Part shown: piece by piece, positions 53,011 to 64,000 of the stretch
Position numbering within the stretch: the stretch's first letter is position 1
Layout: every line of letters begins with the position of its first letter
Source: Eledone cirrhosa
Lineage: Eukaryota
DNA: 64,000 nucleotides
Direction: 5' to 3'
NCBI GenBank assembly: GCA_964016885.1
Contig: OZ024752.1
Span: forward strand, 19,964,001 to 20,028,000
Program-made: the position numbers and the translations under genes
Notes under the pieces: generated by a model
What the model was told of the DNA's origin: nothing
Database searches by the model: none
Seen by the model: only the letters and a program-made list of their open reading frames with translations

Positions 53011-54006
53011 GAACATTTATGTATATATAACAATTAGTTATGTACTGGTGTATGCGCCATTTAACCCATGCAAGCGTGGAAAAATATACATTAAACGATG
53101 ATGATATATATATAAAAGAACCAGCTATGTACCGATGTATATGTAAATATACACAGAAATAGGTTAATAGTCTGGGTGAACTATATAATCTTAACATCTC
53201 ATTTCAAGGATTTAGATACTAAATGTAACAACAGTACATTTACATTGTCAGTAAAAGTGAAATATAGTTTTTAAAATAACCAAGGAACAGAAACAAGAGA
53301 GCAGTAAATAAACAAAACAATGTAAGATATACAAGTAAAATGGCTACCAACAGTTTTTAGAGGAACAAATTACACTTGTCTTCTAATAATTGACATTTAC
53401 AGAAATACTGAACCTTGGTTTTTTTATAATAGAGTTCACCTTGTGTATGATCAGTTGGAAACCCTGGAAATTATAGGCTAAAATCTTAAGCATTCATTAG
53501 TAATTGTTACTAATATATAACAAAGTTGCTCGAGAAAGAGAGAGAAAGAGTGTGTTTGTGTGTGCATCTGTATATGTGTGTTTGAGTGTGTATGTAATTG
53601 TGAAATAGCATTTATTCTATATATATGTGACTGAAATAGTGTAATGGTGTGTTTGTGGCCACACTGTACTTTGCTAAGATGGAACTGTAATTTGGCTGAG
53701 ATCTTTACAGCTGGATGCCCTCCCTAACACCAGTTAAATAAAATTTGAGTTTTTCTCTTGTGACTTCAACAATAAGTTTAGTAAATCCATCCAGATTCTT
53801 CATCAATTAAATGAAATACATTTTATACCATTAGAAATATGGCCATAAAAGGGTTAACGGAATTATTCAGTTCAAATCCTACCTAGCCCTACTTTGCAAA
53901 AGATCTACAAAATATGTTCAAATTTCAGTGGGGAACTGATTCACATCACACTTGTTCAATAATGATTTTCTGTGTCTGTCCTTTCTTTTCCTAGGCCCTT
54001 TTGTGG

Positions 54007-54362
54007 GATGTTCAAAGTTAATACTACATATTTTCACAATGAACTGCCCACTAGTAAAAATACTAGATATATTTGAATTACCAAACCTAGTTTTAGATAT
54101 TTTCTGCTAAATCATTGTAAGATGTTCAAAGTTAATACTGCAGATTTTCACAACAATCTTTCCACTAGTAAAGATACAATGAACATTTGAATTAACTAAT
54201 CCATTTTTAGATATTTTCTGCTAAATCCTTAGAGGATGTTAAGAGTTAATACTACATAATTTCACAATGAACTGCCCACTAACAAAAATACTAGAAATAT
54301 TTGAATTACCAAATCTGGTTTTAGAAATTTTCTGCTAAATCATAACAGGATGTTAAGAGTTA
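54007..54362. repeat. 114-bp tandem triplication
   Basis: GATGTT(C)AA(G)AGTTAA restarts at 54007, 54121, 54235 and 54349. Confidence 0.85.
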
Positions 54363-54884
54363 ACAAGCAATGTAGAGCAAAATAAAGTTATGCACTCTTT
54401 CACATATGTAGCCCACGGTGATCCCCCCCCCCCTTTATTATTATCAATAATATTTCTTTCTTTATTATTTTAGTTATCTATTATTAATTAATATCAACAA
54501 TGATTTCATTTATTGGCCACAAGGGTCAACATATAGGGGCAATAATAATTTCTAATAAAAGGCAGAATTTCAGTGCAGAGTTGTTGTCAATTTAGTTGAC
54601 CTAGTGATTGAGTGCTACTTCATTTTATCAACCACAAGAAGATATTTTTGTTAAGCCACTCCATCAAAAGTATTCCAGCTGTGACAATCCGAGAGTCATG
54701 TGGAACTGCATTATCCAATGCATCCATTCCTTTTTCTAAAGTGGTATGGTGTGATTTGAGGGAGATTTGACTTCTATTTCTAGCAAGCTGAGAGACCACT
54801 TAGAAACTTCTTTATTGCCTTGACCACAGAAGGAATCTACACTCACAATATGCAGACAGAAATATTGCAAGATATTTTATCTAG

Positions 54885-55112
54885 TACATGATGATTGTTG
54901 AGTGAAGAAGTGTCAAGAAATCTGAGTGGAAGGAAGCTGCAGTGGGGGGAGACTGAGGAAGACCAAGGAAGCTGATCACAGATTGCTGAAGCTCACAGAG
55001 GAGATGATGAATGACCTCAACAAGTGGAGGGATGCAGTGCTGAAAAAGATATGTCAAACCCAGGCAAGCATAGAAGAGCAAATGTAAAATGATGATGATG
55101 ATGATGATGATC
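54885..55112 (+). mobile_element. RTE LINE 3' end remnant with (GAT)n tail
   Basis: Homologous to 38390-38620. Confidence 0.75.
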
Positions 55113-55276
55113 ACTACCAATTCTACCACTACTGCCTTAATATGTTTTATCCCAACCCATCTGAAGATGCCCTTGGTTCTCCAATACCAAGCTGTTTATT
55201 TTAGAGTGTTAATATTTATCTAAAAACCTCACATCATAATTTTATGTAAGAACTTTTATGTTCTAAACACTGAATA

Positions 55277-55670
55277 AATAATTGTTTCTACTTTAGGCAC
55301 AAGGCCAGCAATTACCCAGTGCATTACTGGTACTTTGAATAAATAATGCCTTCTGATTTAAGTACAAGGCCAACAATTTTGGGGGAGGGGAAGTCAATGT
55401 AATCAACCTCAGCACATTACTGGTACTTTATTTTATCGAACGCGTAAGGATGAAAGGCAAAGCTAACCTCGGCAGGATTTGAACTCAGACCGTAAAGGGA
55501 CGTAACTATGCTGGAAAGCATGGCGTCCGACTCTCTACCGATACTGCCAATCCACCGCCCCCAATCCACTGACATAATAATAATAATAATTGTTTCTACT
55601 TTAGGCATAATTCTATGCTGCAAAGCATATTGTCTGATGTCTTACCAATACTGCCAATCCACCACCCTAA
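55277..55670 (-). mobile_element. Cluster of tRNA-SINE copies and fragments
   Basis: B-box, central domain and A-box on the minus strand (55418-55560) plus tail fragments. Confidence 0.85.
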
Positions 55671-55722
55671 ATACCAAATAAATAATGAGAAAGTTTATTA
55701 TACTAGTAAATTCCTCCAAATT

Positions 55723-55916
55723 TTAACCCTTTACCATTTACATTACTTTATATTTACTATTATATTTTCATAGTATCTCACATAATATCAAATCTATGAG
55801 ATTTTGATATTTATTTTGAGAACATTACCTAAACATAAGTATGAGCAGCCAGTTACGGCTGGTTTGAACAGAAAGAGGTGAGAAAATTCTGGCTGGTTTA
55901 AATGCCAAAAAGTTAA
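55723..55916. mobile_element. piggyBac-like MITE, unexpanded reference copy
   Basis: TTAACCCTTTACC ... AAAAAGTTAA; homologous to 39387-39600 and 60450-61866. Confidence 0.7.
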
Positions 55917-56849
55917 ACTAAATTTCAAAAGTATTTGAAAATCATTAGAAATATGTTTAATGTGAAAAAGTTAATAGGAGTCAATAATGCTTTGAATAGA
56001 GACTTTTATGAATCAGTTGAGAAACAGCTATGGAATTTATGGGAGAGTGAGGATTATAATTTGTAGATGTCTGGGTTGAGTTGATATGTAGCTGTGTCTA
56101 GCAGGTGGTATTTCTGATGACATCAGTACAAAATTACGTACTGCTAACATTGTATATATGTCACACCTCTAAAGGTGGAGGGTGTAAAAATGATAGCCAA
56201 GAAATTAGATAAGAACTTATTAGAAACAAAGTAGTAAAATATCAACTTAGAAGTTCACTGCTTTCAGTGCTAAGTTGGCTGGTCACAGGTGCAGGCCTCC
56301 ACCAGGTGGAGCAGCTGTTCCTATCACATATCTCCTTCGTGGGAGGGGGGGGGGCAATGTCTTCTCTATCCTGTCAGCTACGACCAAGAGGCAGACAACA
56401 TATTAAGGTAGAAGTAGGGTGGCAGTCTTCAGATGCAAGGGTTAATGTTATAATGTGATTATAAATCGTTTTGACTCATAATTTTCAGTGGGCAAGTGAC
56501 ATATGTAAACAAGATATAGCCCCTTTCTGTCCCATCTGAGAGGTCAGTAGCTCTGCTTAAGTACTAATTCAGTCTGTGAAGACCCTTGCAAGAAAGGAAG
56601 ACAAATGTTAAATGATGATAATGATAAAATAATTTGTTTATAAGCTTCTTCAATACCTCAGTATCTCATTAGGTAAGTGTTGTTGAAGATGAATAAGAAT
56701 CCTGAAATACACATATACTACACTTATACTAGTTACTGAGGTAGCTGTGATATGATCATAACTTAAAATAATCATAGTGGAGACTATATGTATCATCATC
56801 ATCATATTTATTATATATAAAAATATTGTAGATGGGTTCATATATATAT

Positions 56850-57490
56850 ATCCGGCCTTTACTACCCATACCACAAGCCGAATGAGTGCCTCAAGTACGT
56901 TAATGCAAACCTAACCATCCCAAGTCAGTCAAGAGGGTCGTAGTGTATAGCGTATCCCGTAGCATATCATCTCTGTCAGCTAACCAGGAAACCTTCAACA
57001 ACGTAACTAACTATTATAATAATGCCCTAATTAGTGTAGGTTACAAAGAGAAAATTAAATATATACCTAACCTAATAACATAACTGGTGACAGTAACTCA
57101 TAGCTGAACAGAGCGGGTAATGAGACTGGGGCCAACATCAGGAAGCAAACCCATTCCCTCGGGCAAATCCTGGAGAGCCCGTGTGTGTCTGCTCCAAATC
57201 ACACTACCACCATTCTGTTATGCATGTATAGGATTATATACTCACAACATAAGGGTCTGTCTTTATATCCCTTTGTTCCTTGTTCCCCGTATATATACCT
57301 GCACTTGTATCTATATACCACTATATGTTTTTTGTTCCTATATTCGCTACCTACAACTCGCATCTGTTTTTTGTTTTTTTTCTTAGTCTTGTTTATCTTC
57401 CTTTCTCTTTTTTTCTCTCCGAAACATCCTCTCTTCTCTTCCAGTCAATCTTCTGATGAAGGACAACTGTCTGAAACATGAAGATTTTTT
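56850..57490 (+). mobile_element. Penelope-like element fragment: RT thumb region plus pseudo-LTR-like sequence with a degenerate hammerhead motif
   Basis: GLYYPYHKPNECLKYVNA/NHPKSVKR...SISSLSANQETFNNVTNYYNNALISVGY; CTGATGA...GAAA core at 57453-57476. Confidence 0.75.
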
Positions 57491-58109
57491 TCCAACAATA
57501 TCAAGCATTAAACTAATATATCATCATTGTATTGTTCAGTGTTATTTATCCTTGTTGACTTGTTGTGTGTGTGTAAATGTGTGCGTGTGTGCGAGTATGT
57601 GTGTGCATGAGAAAGTAAATGTGTGTGTATGTGTGTGTGTGCATGTATGATTGCCTATCTTGTATTAAAATAATTGTGTCTTTGTGTTGTTAGAATGAGA
57701 CTAGACTGTCATGTCCCATTGGAAGATATTTTCAAGATATTTGTTTGTGAAGTGGGCACATTTCTGGTGTAAAATCTCTAGTTTACATCTAAATGTCACC
57801 TGTGTGCATAAATTTAAAGAGAGATGAATAGCAATATTATCTAAATAGGAAAATGTTTTGTAAGAAGTGACATGAAATGGATTATAACTGTACAGAAGAA
57901 AGAGTATGAGAGACAAGTGAAACTTGATAGAATATTAATCAGAGTTTATATTAGTATCAATGACACTGGGGAACATGGTTTTGTTGTCTGGTGTAGGAGA
58001 CATATCTTCTCATAATTTTGGGGTTTCAAAAATGAAATCCATTTTTGCTCTATCATCTCAAGATTTTTCACAAACTTAAATGTCCATTTTTCAACATATC
58101 CAGTATTTG

Positions 58110-58641
58110 AGGTCCCAGTTATTCGTGGAATTTTCCTTAGAACTTAACTAATAATTGTTTCTACGTTAGGCACAAGGCCAGCAATTACCCAGTGTATTAC
58201 TGGTACTTTATTTTATCGACCCTGTAAGGATGAAAGGCAAAGTTAACCTCGGCGGGATTTGAACTCAGAATGGCAAGGGCCGTAACTCTATGCGCCAAAG
58301 CATGGCATCCGACACTCTACCAATACTGCCAATCCACTAACTAATGGTTCATGGAAACCACCGCATATTCACGGATTCATAAATATCTTCCGCGATTTTT
58401 AAAATGGCTTTTTTCGTGGCAATATATATTTTTTAACGCTAAATCATCAATAACAATATACCATATTTGCCGGCCTATTGGACTCCCCTTTCGCATAAGA
58501 TGCTCCCACTTTTTTTTATTATATTTTACATTATATTTTGAGGTTTATAGGCTTTTTTATGGAACACGTCCAAGATTTGTGGTTTTTCACTCTTCACAGA
58601 TGCTCTAGGAATGTAAACCCCGCGAATAACAGGAGCAACTG
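58110..58641. mobile_element. Tigger/pogo-like MITE with a nested tRNA SINE (58152-58338, minus)
   Basis: GTTATTCGTGG ... CCGCGAATAAC inverted ends; SINE flanked by TAACTAAT direct repeat. Confidence 0.6.
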
Positions 58642-58982
58642 TTTTTGTCACCATTGTATTGATAGAGCTTGACATAACTTTAAAAACATAGTTTTTCAAT
58701 GTCATATATAGTAAATGCAACTACAAAAGTGAGAACAAAAGTTCTGGTTTAAATACCTTCAGCAAATAAAAAGCATCAAACTTGAGCAACTTTCACAATT
58801 TTCAATCTAACCAGCTTTTAATGTCATGATGATAACAAATGTCCTCATACTTGTGGAATTTCCTGAATTTGTCAGCAGACGCTCGGCTTCATTTATAACA
58901 AGGTATAAATGGGAGTTTCTAATCCAATAAATGGAAGACAGATAGTGCTGACATTACTTACAGTTAAACCAGTCCTCTGATA

Positions 58983-59168
58983 TAATTGCTTCTACTTTTG
59001 GTACAAGGCCAGCAATTATCCCAGTGCATTACTGGTACTTTATTTTATCATCCCCATAAGGATCAAAGGTAAAGTTAACCTCACCAGGATTTAAACTCAA
59101 ACCATAATGGCCTGTAACTCTAGGCTGCAAAGCAGGGCCTCCAACCCTTTACCGATACTGCCGATCCA
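58983..59168 (-). mobile_element. tRNA-derived SINE (more diverged)
   Basis: Same family motifs. Confidence 0.85.
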
Positions 59169-59289
59169 GTACTATGATATAATAAATTCTCAGAGTCAAG
59201 AACTCAGCAAGAAAACCACAAAAGAAGTGAGGCTACTTTCTAGCAGTAGCTAATGAGGGTTAGGGTTAGGGTATATATTCATCAAATAG

Positions 59290-59460
59290 AAAACTGAATG
59301 CAAGAGAATGGTGAAGCAACCTCATTTCAAACATTGGCATATCATTAACTTTGTCATTACGTGGCAGCAGAACAAAATAGAAATCCACTGCTACTGAGTA
59401 ATGCCTCAAACAAACTGGCCAATCATCTGCTATAACATCCAACGTTCCTCTCAACATATG
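59290..59460 (+). mobile_element. RTE LINE APE-endonuclease remnant
   Basis: PHFKHWHIINFVITWQQNK matches the BovB-like HPRSKHWHLIDYVI motif. Confidence 0.65.
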
Positions 59461-59671
59461 CCAAAAGTAGAACAACCGAGGGCCGGCCAACTCTAAGTAA
59501 ATACTCTTCAGATCACCAGTCACAGGGTGACATTAGAAGAAAAACAGACTAAAGTGTGTGCCTAATAGGACATGTATGAAGGGCTGACAATGAACAAGGT
59601 GTGGTTGTGAATGACACTACATCTTGCCTTTGACAGGTCCAATTGGTTTGACATTCATCATCATTATTATA

Positions 59672-60055
59672 GGATTGGCAGTATCGGTAGAGGGTCGGAC
59701 GCCATGCTTTCCAGCATAATTACGTCCCTTTACGATCTGAGTTCAAATCCCGCCGAGGTTGACTTTGCCTTTCATCCTTACGGGGTCGATAAAATAAAGT
59801 ACCAGTAATGCACTGGTTAATTGCTGGCCTTGTGCCTAAAGTAGAAACAATTATTATTGGCAGTGGATTGGCAGAATCGGTAGAGGGCCGGGCGCCATGC
59901 TTTGAAGCATAGAGTTACCTCCCTTTATGATCTGAGTTCAAATCCTGCCGAGGTTGACTTTGCCTTTCATCCTTACAGGGTCGATAAAATAAAGTACCAG
60001 TAATGTACTGGAATAATTGCTGGCCTTGTGCCAAAAGTAGAAACAATTATTATTG
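59672..60055 (+). mobile_element. Two tandem tRNA-derived SINEs
   Basis: A-box, B-box, central domain and (ATT)n tails. Confidence 0.92.
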
Positions 60056-60214
60056 TTTTATGTCAGTTTCCCACATTGGCAAGTGTTAGAAAGGTTGTCC
60101 CATTCTGAAATTAGATAGGTCAGGGGACAATGCCTTGCTCATACATTCCATTTTGGTATGCTGTCTATGGTTGGATGCACTTCCAAATGTCAATTACATT
60201 ACAGAGTGTACTGG

Positions 60215-60440
60215 GTTGTTACCATGATACCAGCACTACAGAGTGTACTGGGTCTGTGTTACCATAGTAACAACAGTACCACATTACACTGGGTGTGTTA
60301 CCATAGTACCAACAGTCCCACATTACACTGGGTGTTACCATAGTAACAACAGTACCACATTACACTGGGTGTTACCATAGTAACAACAGTACCACATTAG
60401 ACTGGGTGTGTTACCATAGTAACAACATTACCATATTACA
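60215..60440. repeat. 37-39-bp minisatellite grown from an RTE 3'UTR remnant
   Basis: Follows GGTTGGATGCACTTCC...TTACAGAGTGTACTGGG; unit CACATTACACTGGGTGT(GT)TACCATAGTAACAACAGTAC. Confidence 0.75.
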
Positions 60441-60449
60441 CTATATATA

Positions 60450-61742
60450 CTCTATATATACTATTGTATTTTCACAGTAAAGGCTTTACCTTACATAATA
60501 TCTCACATAACATTTACATTACATAATATCTCACATAACATTTACATTACTCTATATTTACTATTATATTTTCATGGTAAAGGATTTACCTTACATAATA
60601 TCTCACATAACATTTACATTACTCTATATATACTATTATATTTTCATGGTAAAGGCTTTACCTTACATAATATCTCACATAACATTTACATTACTCTATA
60701 TATGCTATTGTATTTTCACAGTAAAGGCTTTACCTTACATAATATCTCACATAACATTTGTATTTGCACAGTAAAGGCTTTACCTTACATAATAGCTCAC
60801 ATAACATTTACATTACTCTATATATGCTATTGTATTTTCATGGTAAAGGCTTTACCTTACATAATATCTCACATAACATTTACATTACTCTATATATGCT
60901 ATTGTATTTTCACAGTAAAGGCTTTACCTTACATAATATCTCACATAACATTTACATTACTCTATATATACTATTGTATTTGCACAGTAAAGGCTTTACC
61001 TTACATAATATCTCACATAACATTTACATTACTCTATATATACTATTGTATTTTCACAGTAAAGGCTTTACCTCACATAACATTTACATTACTCTATATA
61101 TACTATTGTATTTTCACAGTAAAGGCTTTACCTCACATAACATTTACATTACTCTATATATACTTTTGTATTTTCACAGTAAAGGCTTTACCTTGCATAA
61201 TATCTCACATAACATTTATATTACTCTATATATACTATTGTATTTTCACAGTAAAGGCTTTACCTTACATAATATCTCACATAACATTTACATTACTCTA
61301 TATATACTATTGTATTTTCACAGTAAAGGCTTTACCTTACATAACATTTACATTACTCTATATATACTATTGTATTTTCACAGTAAAGGCTTTACCTTAC
61401 ATAATATCTCACATAACATTTACATTACTCTATATATACTATTGTATTTTCACAGTAAAGGCTTTACCTTACATAACATTTACATTACTCTATATATACT
61501 ATTGTATTTTCACAGTAAAGGCTTTACCTTACATAATATCTCACATAACATTTACATTACTCTATATATACTATTGTATTTTCACAGTAAAGGCTTTACC
61601 TCACATAACATTTACATTACTCTATATATACTATTGTATTTTCACAGTAAAGGCTTTACCTTGCATAATATCTCACATAACATTTACATTACTCTATATA
61701 TACTATTGTATTTTCACAGTAAAGGCTTTACCTTACATAATA
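60450..61742. repeat. 72/60-bp satellite inside a piggyBac-like MITE (MITE body continues to AAGGGTTAA at 61866)
   Basis: Unit matches 55735-55790; the sequence after the array matches 55810-55916 and the reverse complement of 40921-40975. Confidence 0.93.
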
Positions 61743-62102
61743 TTAATTTATTTATATTGAGAACAATACCTTAACACCAGTTTGAGTGACCAGTTACAGT
61801 AAGTTTCAACAGAAAAAGGTAGAGAATTCTGGCCAGTTTTGGCCGGTTTGAACATTAAAGGGTTAACTGATCCTAAAGTGAAAATGTTACAGAAAAGACA
61901 TTAGATCCAGTGTCTATCCTTCCCCCTCTCCCTTCTGAAGCACTACCCAGACAGGGGTGTTCAGAAATTAAAATCCTGAGTCAATTTTATCGTCATATCC
62001 CCCAGGAGCTTATCCCAGTTTCACAGCTCAGGGAACAAAAAAAGGGAGGGGGGAATGTGTACACACATATTCTCAAATCATGGGTGGTGGGGGTGGAGCG
62101 TA

Positions 62103-62630
62103 TTGGTGGTGGTGGTGATGGTGGTGATGGTGGTGGTAGTGATGGTGGTAATGGTGGTGGTAGTGGTAGTGATGGTGGTAATGGTGGTGGTAGTGGTAGT
62201 GATGGTGGTAATGGTGGTGGTAGTGATGATGGTGGTGGTGGTAGTGGTGATGGTAATAGTGGTGATGGTGGTGGTAGTGATGATGATGGTGGTGGTAGTG
62301 ATGATGATGATGGTGGTAGTGATGATGGTGGTAGTGGTGATGGTGGTGGTGGTGGTAGTGATGATGGTGGTAGTGGTGGTAGTGGTAGTGGTGATGATGG
62401 TGGTAGTGGTGGTAGTGGTGATAGTGGTGGTGGTAGTGGCGATGGTAGTAGTGGTGATGGTGGTGGTGGTGGTAGTGATGATGGTAGAGGTGGTGGTGGT
62501 AGTGGTGATGATGGTGGTGGTGGTAGTGGTGATGGTGGTGGTAGTAGTGGTGATGGTAGTAGTGGTGATGGTGGTGGTGGTGGTGGTGGTGGTGGTGGTG
62601 ATGGTGGTGGTGGTGGTGGTCGTGATGGTG
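62103..62630. repeat. Degenerate (GGT/GAT/AGT)n trinucleotide tract
   Basis: Direct. Confidence 0.95.
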
Positions 62631-62775
62631 GGGCAGTAGCAGCTTTAGTGTACTTAGTTTTAAGGTGAATAAAAGTTCATGGGTATAGAGGGTAGAGTAG
62701 AAGATAGGTTTAAGGGTCAGTCTTAACTTACAGTTGTTCCTTCTCTCTCATCTTAATCTACAGAGCTGCAGCTTA

Positions 62776-62809
<34 letters not shown>

Positions 62810-64000
62810 AACCCTTCCTTTCTTTACACCAGTTTCTGAGGCCCTTCTGAAAAGTTCAAGGTTGTATCCCTTCTTTCTGTGACTCAGCCATAAAATATCT
62901 TACAGCTTTCATGGAAGGATTCTACAAGTGGTTGCTCAACCTGCTAAATATAGCAGCTAACATCACTCAAATAAGGAATCAAGGGCAAAACGTCACCAGA
63001 CAAAAAAATATGACAGGAGAAAAAGTCCTTTCTCTGACTAGGCCATTAAATATCTTACAGCTTGATCCACCTGTTAGACATAGTAACCAAATAATCCTCA
63101 TATAACAAATCCAGAAAAAAAAGTCATTTTATTTTACCTGTATATTACTATATTTCTAATGAAATACACTGTATTTAGATTAATTAACGAAGAATTTGAA
63201 GGGGTGTTCTAAATTTTATCTATATTATTAAGATGGTATATGTGTTATTGCAGTGGTGGTCTTATTCATGCCAGTCAATCCAGTACTTTTCTCAGACCTG
63301 CGAGGACTAGGTGCTTTTAAAGGCAGCCTCTTGTCGTAGCTACCTGTAAAATGAAAAAGGATAGCGTTGGTTGTTGTTGTTTGGGCCCAAGTCAGCTCTG
63401 ATGAAGCAAACCTATGATCAAAAAGTATTTCAGACATGACTACTCTAACTCATTATGTTTTCCAGATACAGTTATACAGCAATTCAACTACCCTTCAGAA
63501 GCAAGGCTTAGCCTAGCTAACAAGCTTCTTCAGTCTTCTCTATGATCAGTATCAAAATAACCATAGTCCTTTTGTTATGGAGCTAAGATTAAGGCCAAGT
63601 CAGTAGATATTATCATTTAATGTCTGTTCTTCCTTCTAGCAAAGGTTGAATGGGTCATCACAGACAAATTCAGTCCACAATTGGTGTCAGTGACCTCTCT
63701 GAATGGCTGAAAGCCACATCCCACACACATTTCCACACTGTACAAAATTGTTGGCCTTGTGCTTAAATCAGAAACCATTATTAGGAGCAATAATCTGCTA
63801 GCAAGAGCTGGATAGGTCTACATAGACCAAGTCAGTAAGTACTGAAGCAGGACTACTGACCTCCCAGGCAGACTGAGGGGTCTATAACCTGCTTACATAT
63901 GGTCATACATTTAGATTTGATTGTGCTACATATCCATCAATAAATCAGTTTCATCTAGGGACTTCATTTAACAATAGTCTCAACACAGAGTTAAAATCAA

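Noticed and set aside
50524-53037. 837-aa ORF with a 14-aa repeat (LYSVDWVLFIVAPTQP)
   Set aside because: A 42-bp unit is a multiple of 3 and stop-free in several frames; indels switch frames mid-array; the unit derives from a retroposon UTR
60702-61774. 352-aa and 338-aa repetitive hydrophobic ORFs
   Set aside because: 72/60-bp MITE-derived satellite open in two frames
61910-62668. Gly-rich 252-aa ORF resembling a structural protein
   Set aside because: Degenerate (GGT)n tract with a GTG start, no signal peptide, and also open as poly-Val
63398-63430. CTGATGA hammerhead-like core
   Set aside because: No stem II or GAAA; part of a different dispersed repeat

Overview
Eukaryotic, AT-rich, repeat-dominated animal DNA. 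The repeat landscape (RTE LINEs with (GAT)n tails, tRNA-derived SINEs, long TA/CA microsatellites) suggests an octopus-like cephalopod, which is an inference. Only one convincing host CDS is present: a 591-aa LRR single-pass membrane protein encoded in one exon (minus strand, 33622-35397) with a C-terminal PDZ-binding motif. The rest is satellites and mobile elements: Gypsy, RTE, CR1-like and Penelope-like fragments, SINEs, a Helitron, and hAT-, piggyBac- and Tigger-like MITEs. The most notable structures are (1) a 3-kb Gypsy insertion rebuilt from six shuffled or inverted pieces with a fold-back and no TSD; (2) several kilobase satellites that visibly arose inside TE copies, including a 7-kb 71-bp array inside a LINE ORF end; (3) a reconstructable ~9.6-kb inversion with a 397-bp inverted duplication; (4) repeated SINE insertion at the same phase of a minisatellite; and (5) inverted LINE pairs that could form dsRNA around and upstream of the LRR exon. 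Most long ORFs in the track are repeat artefacts. Coordinates were read by eye and may be off by a few bases. Identities are visual estimates.
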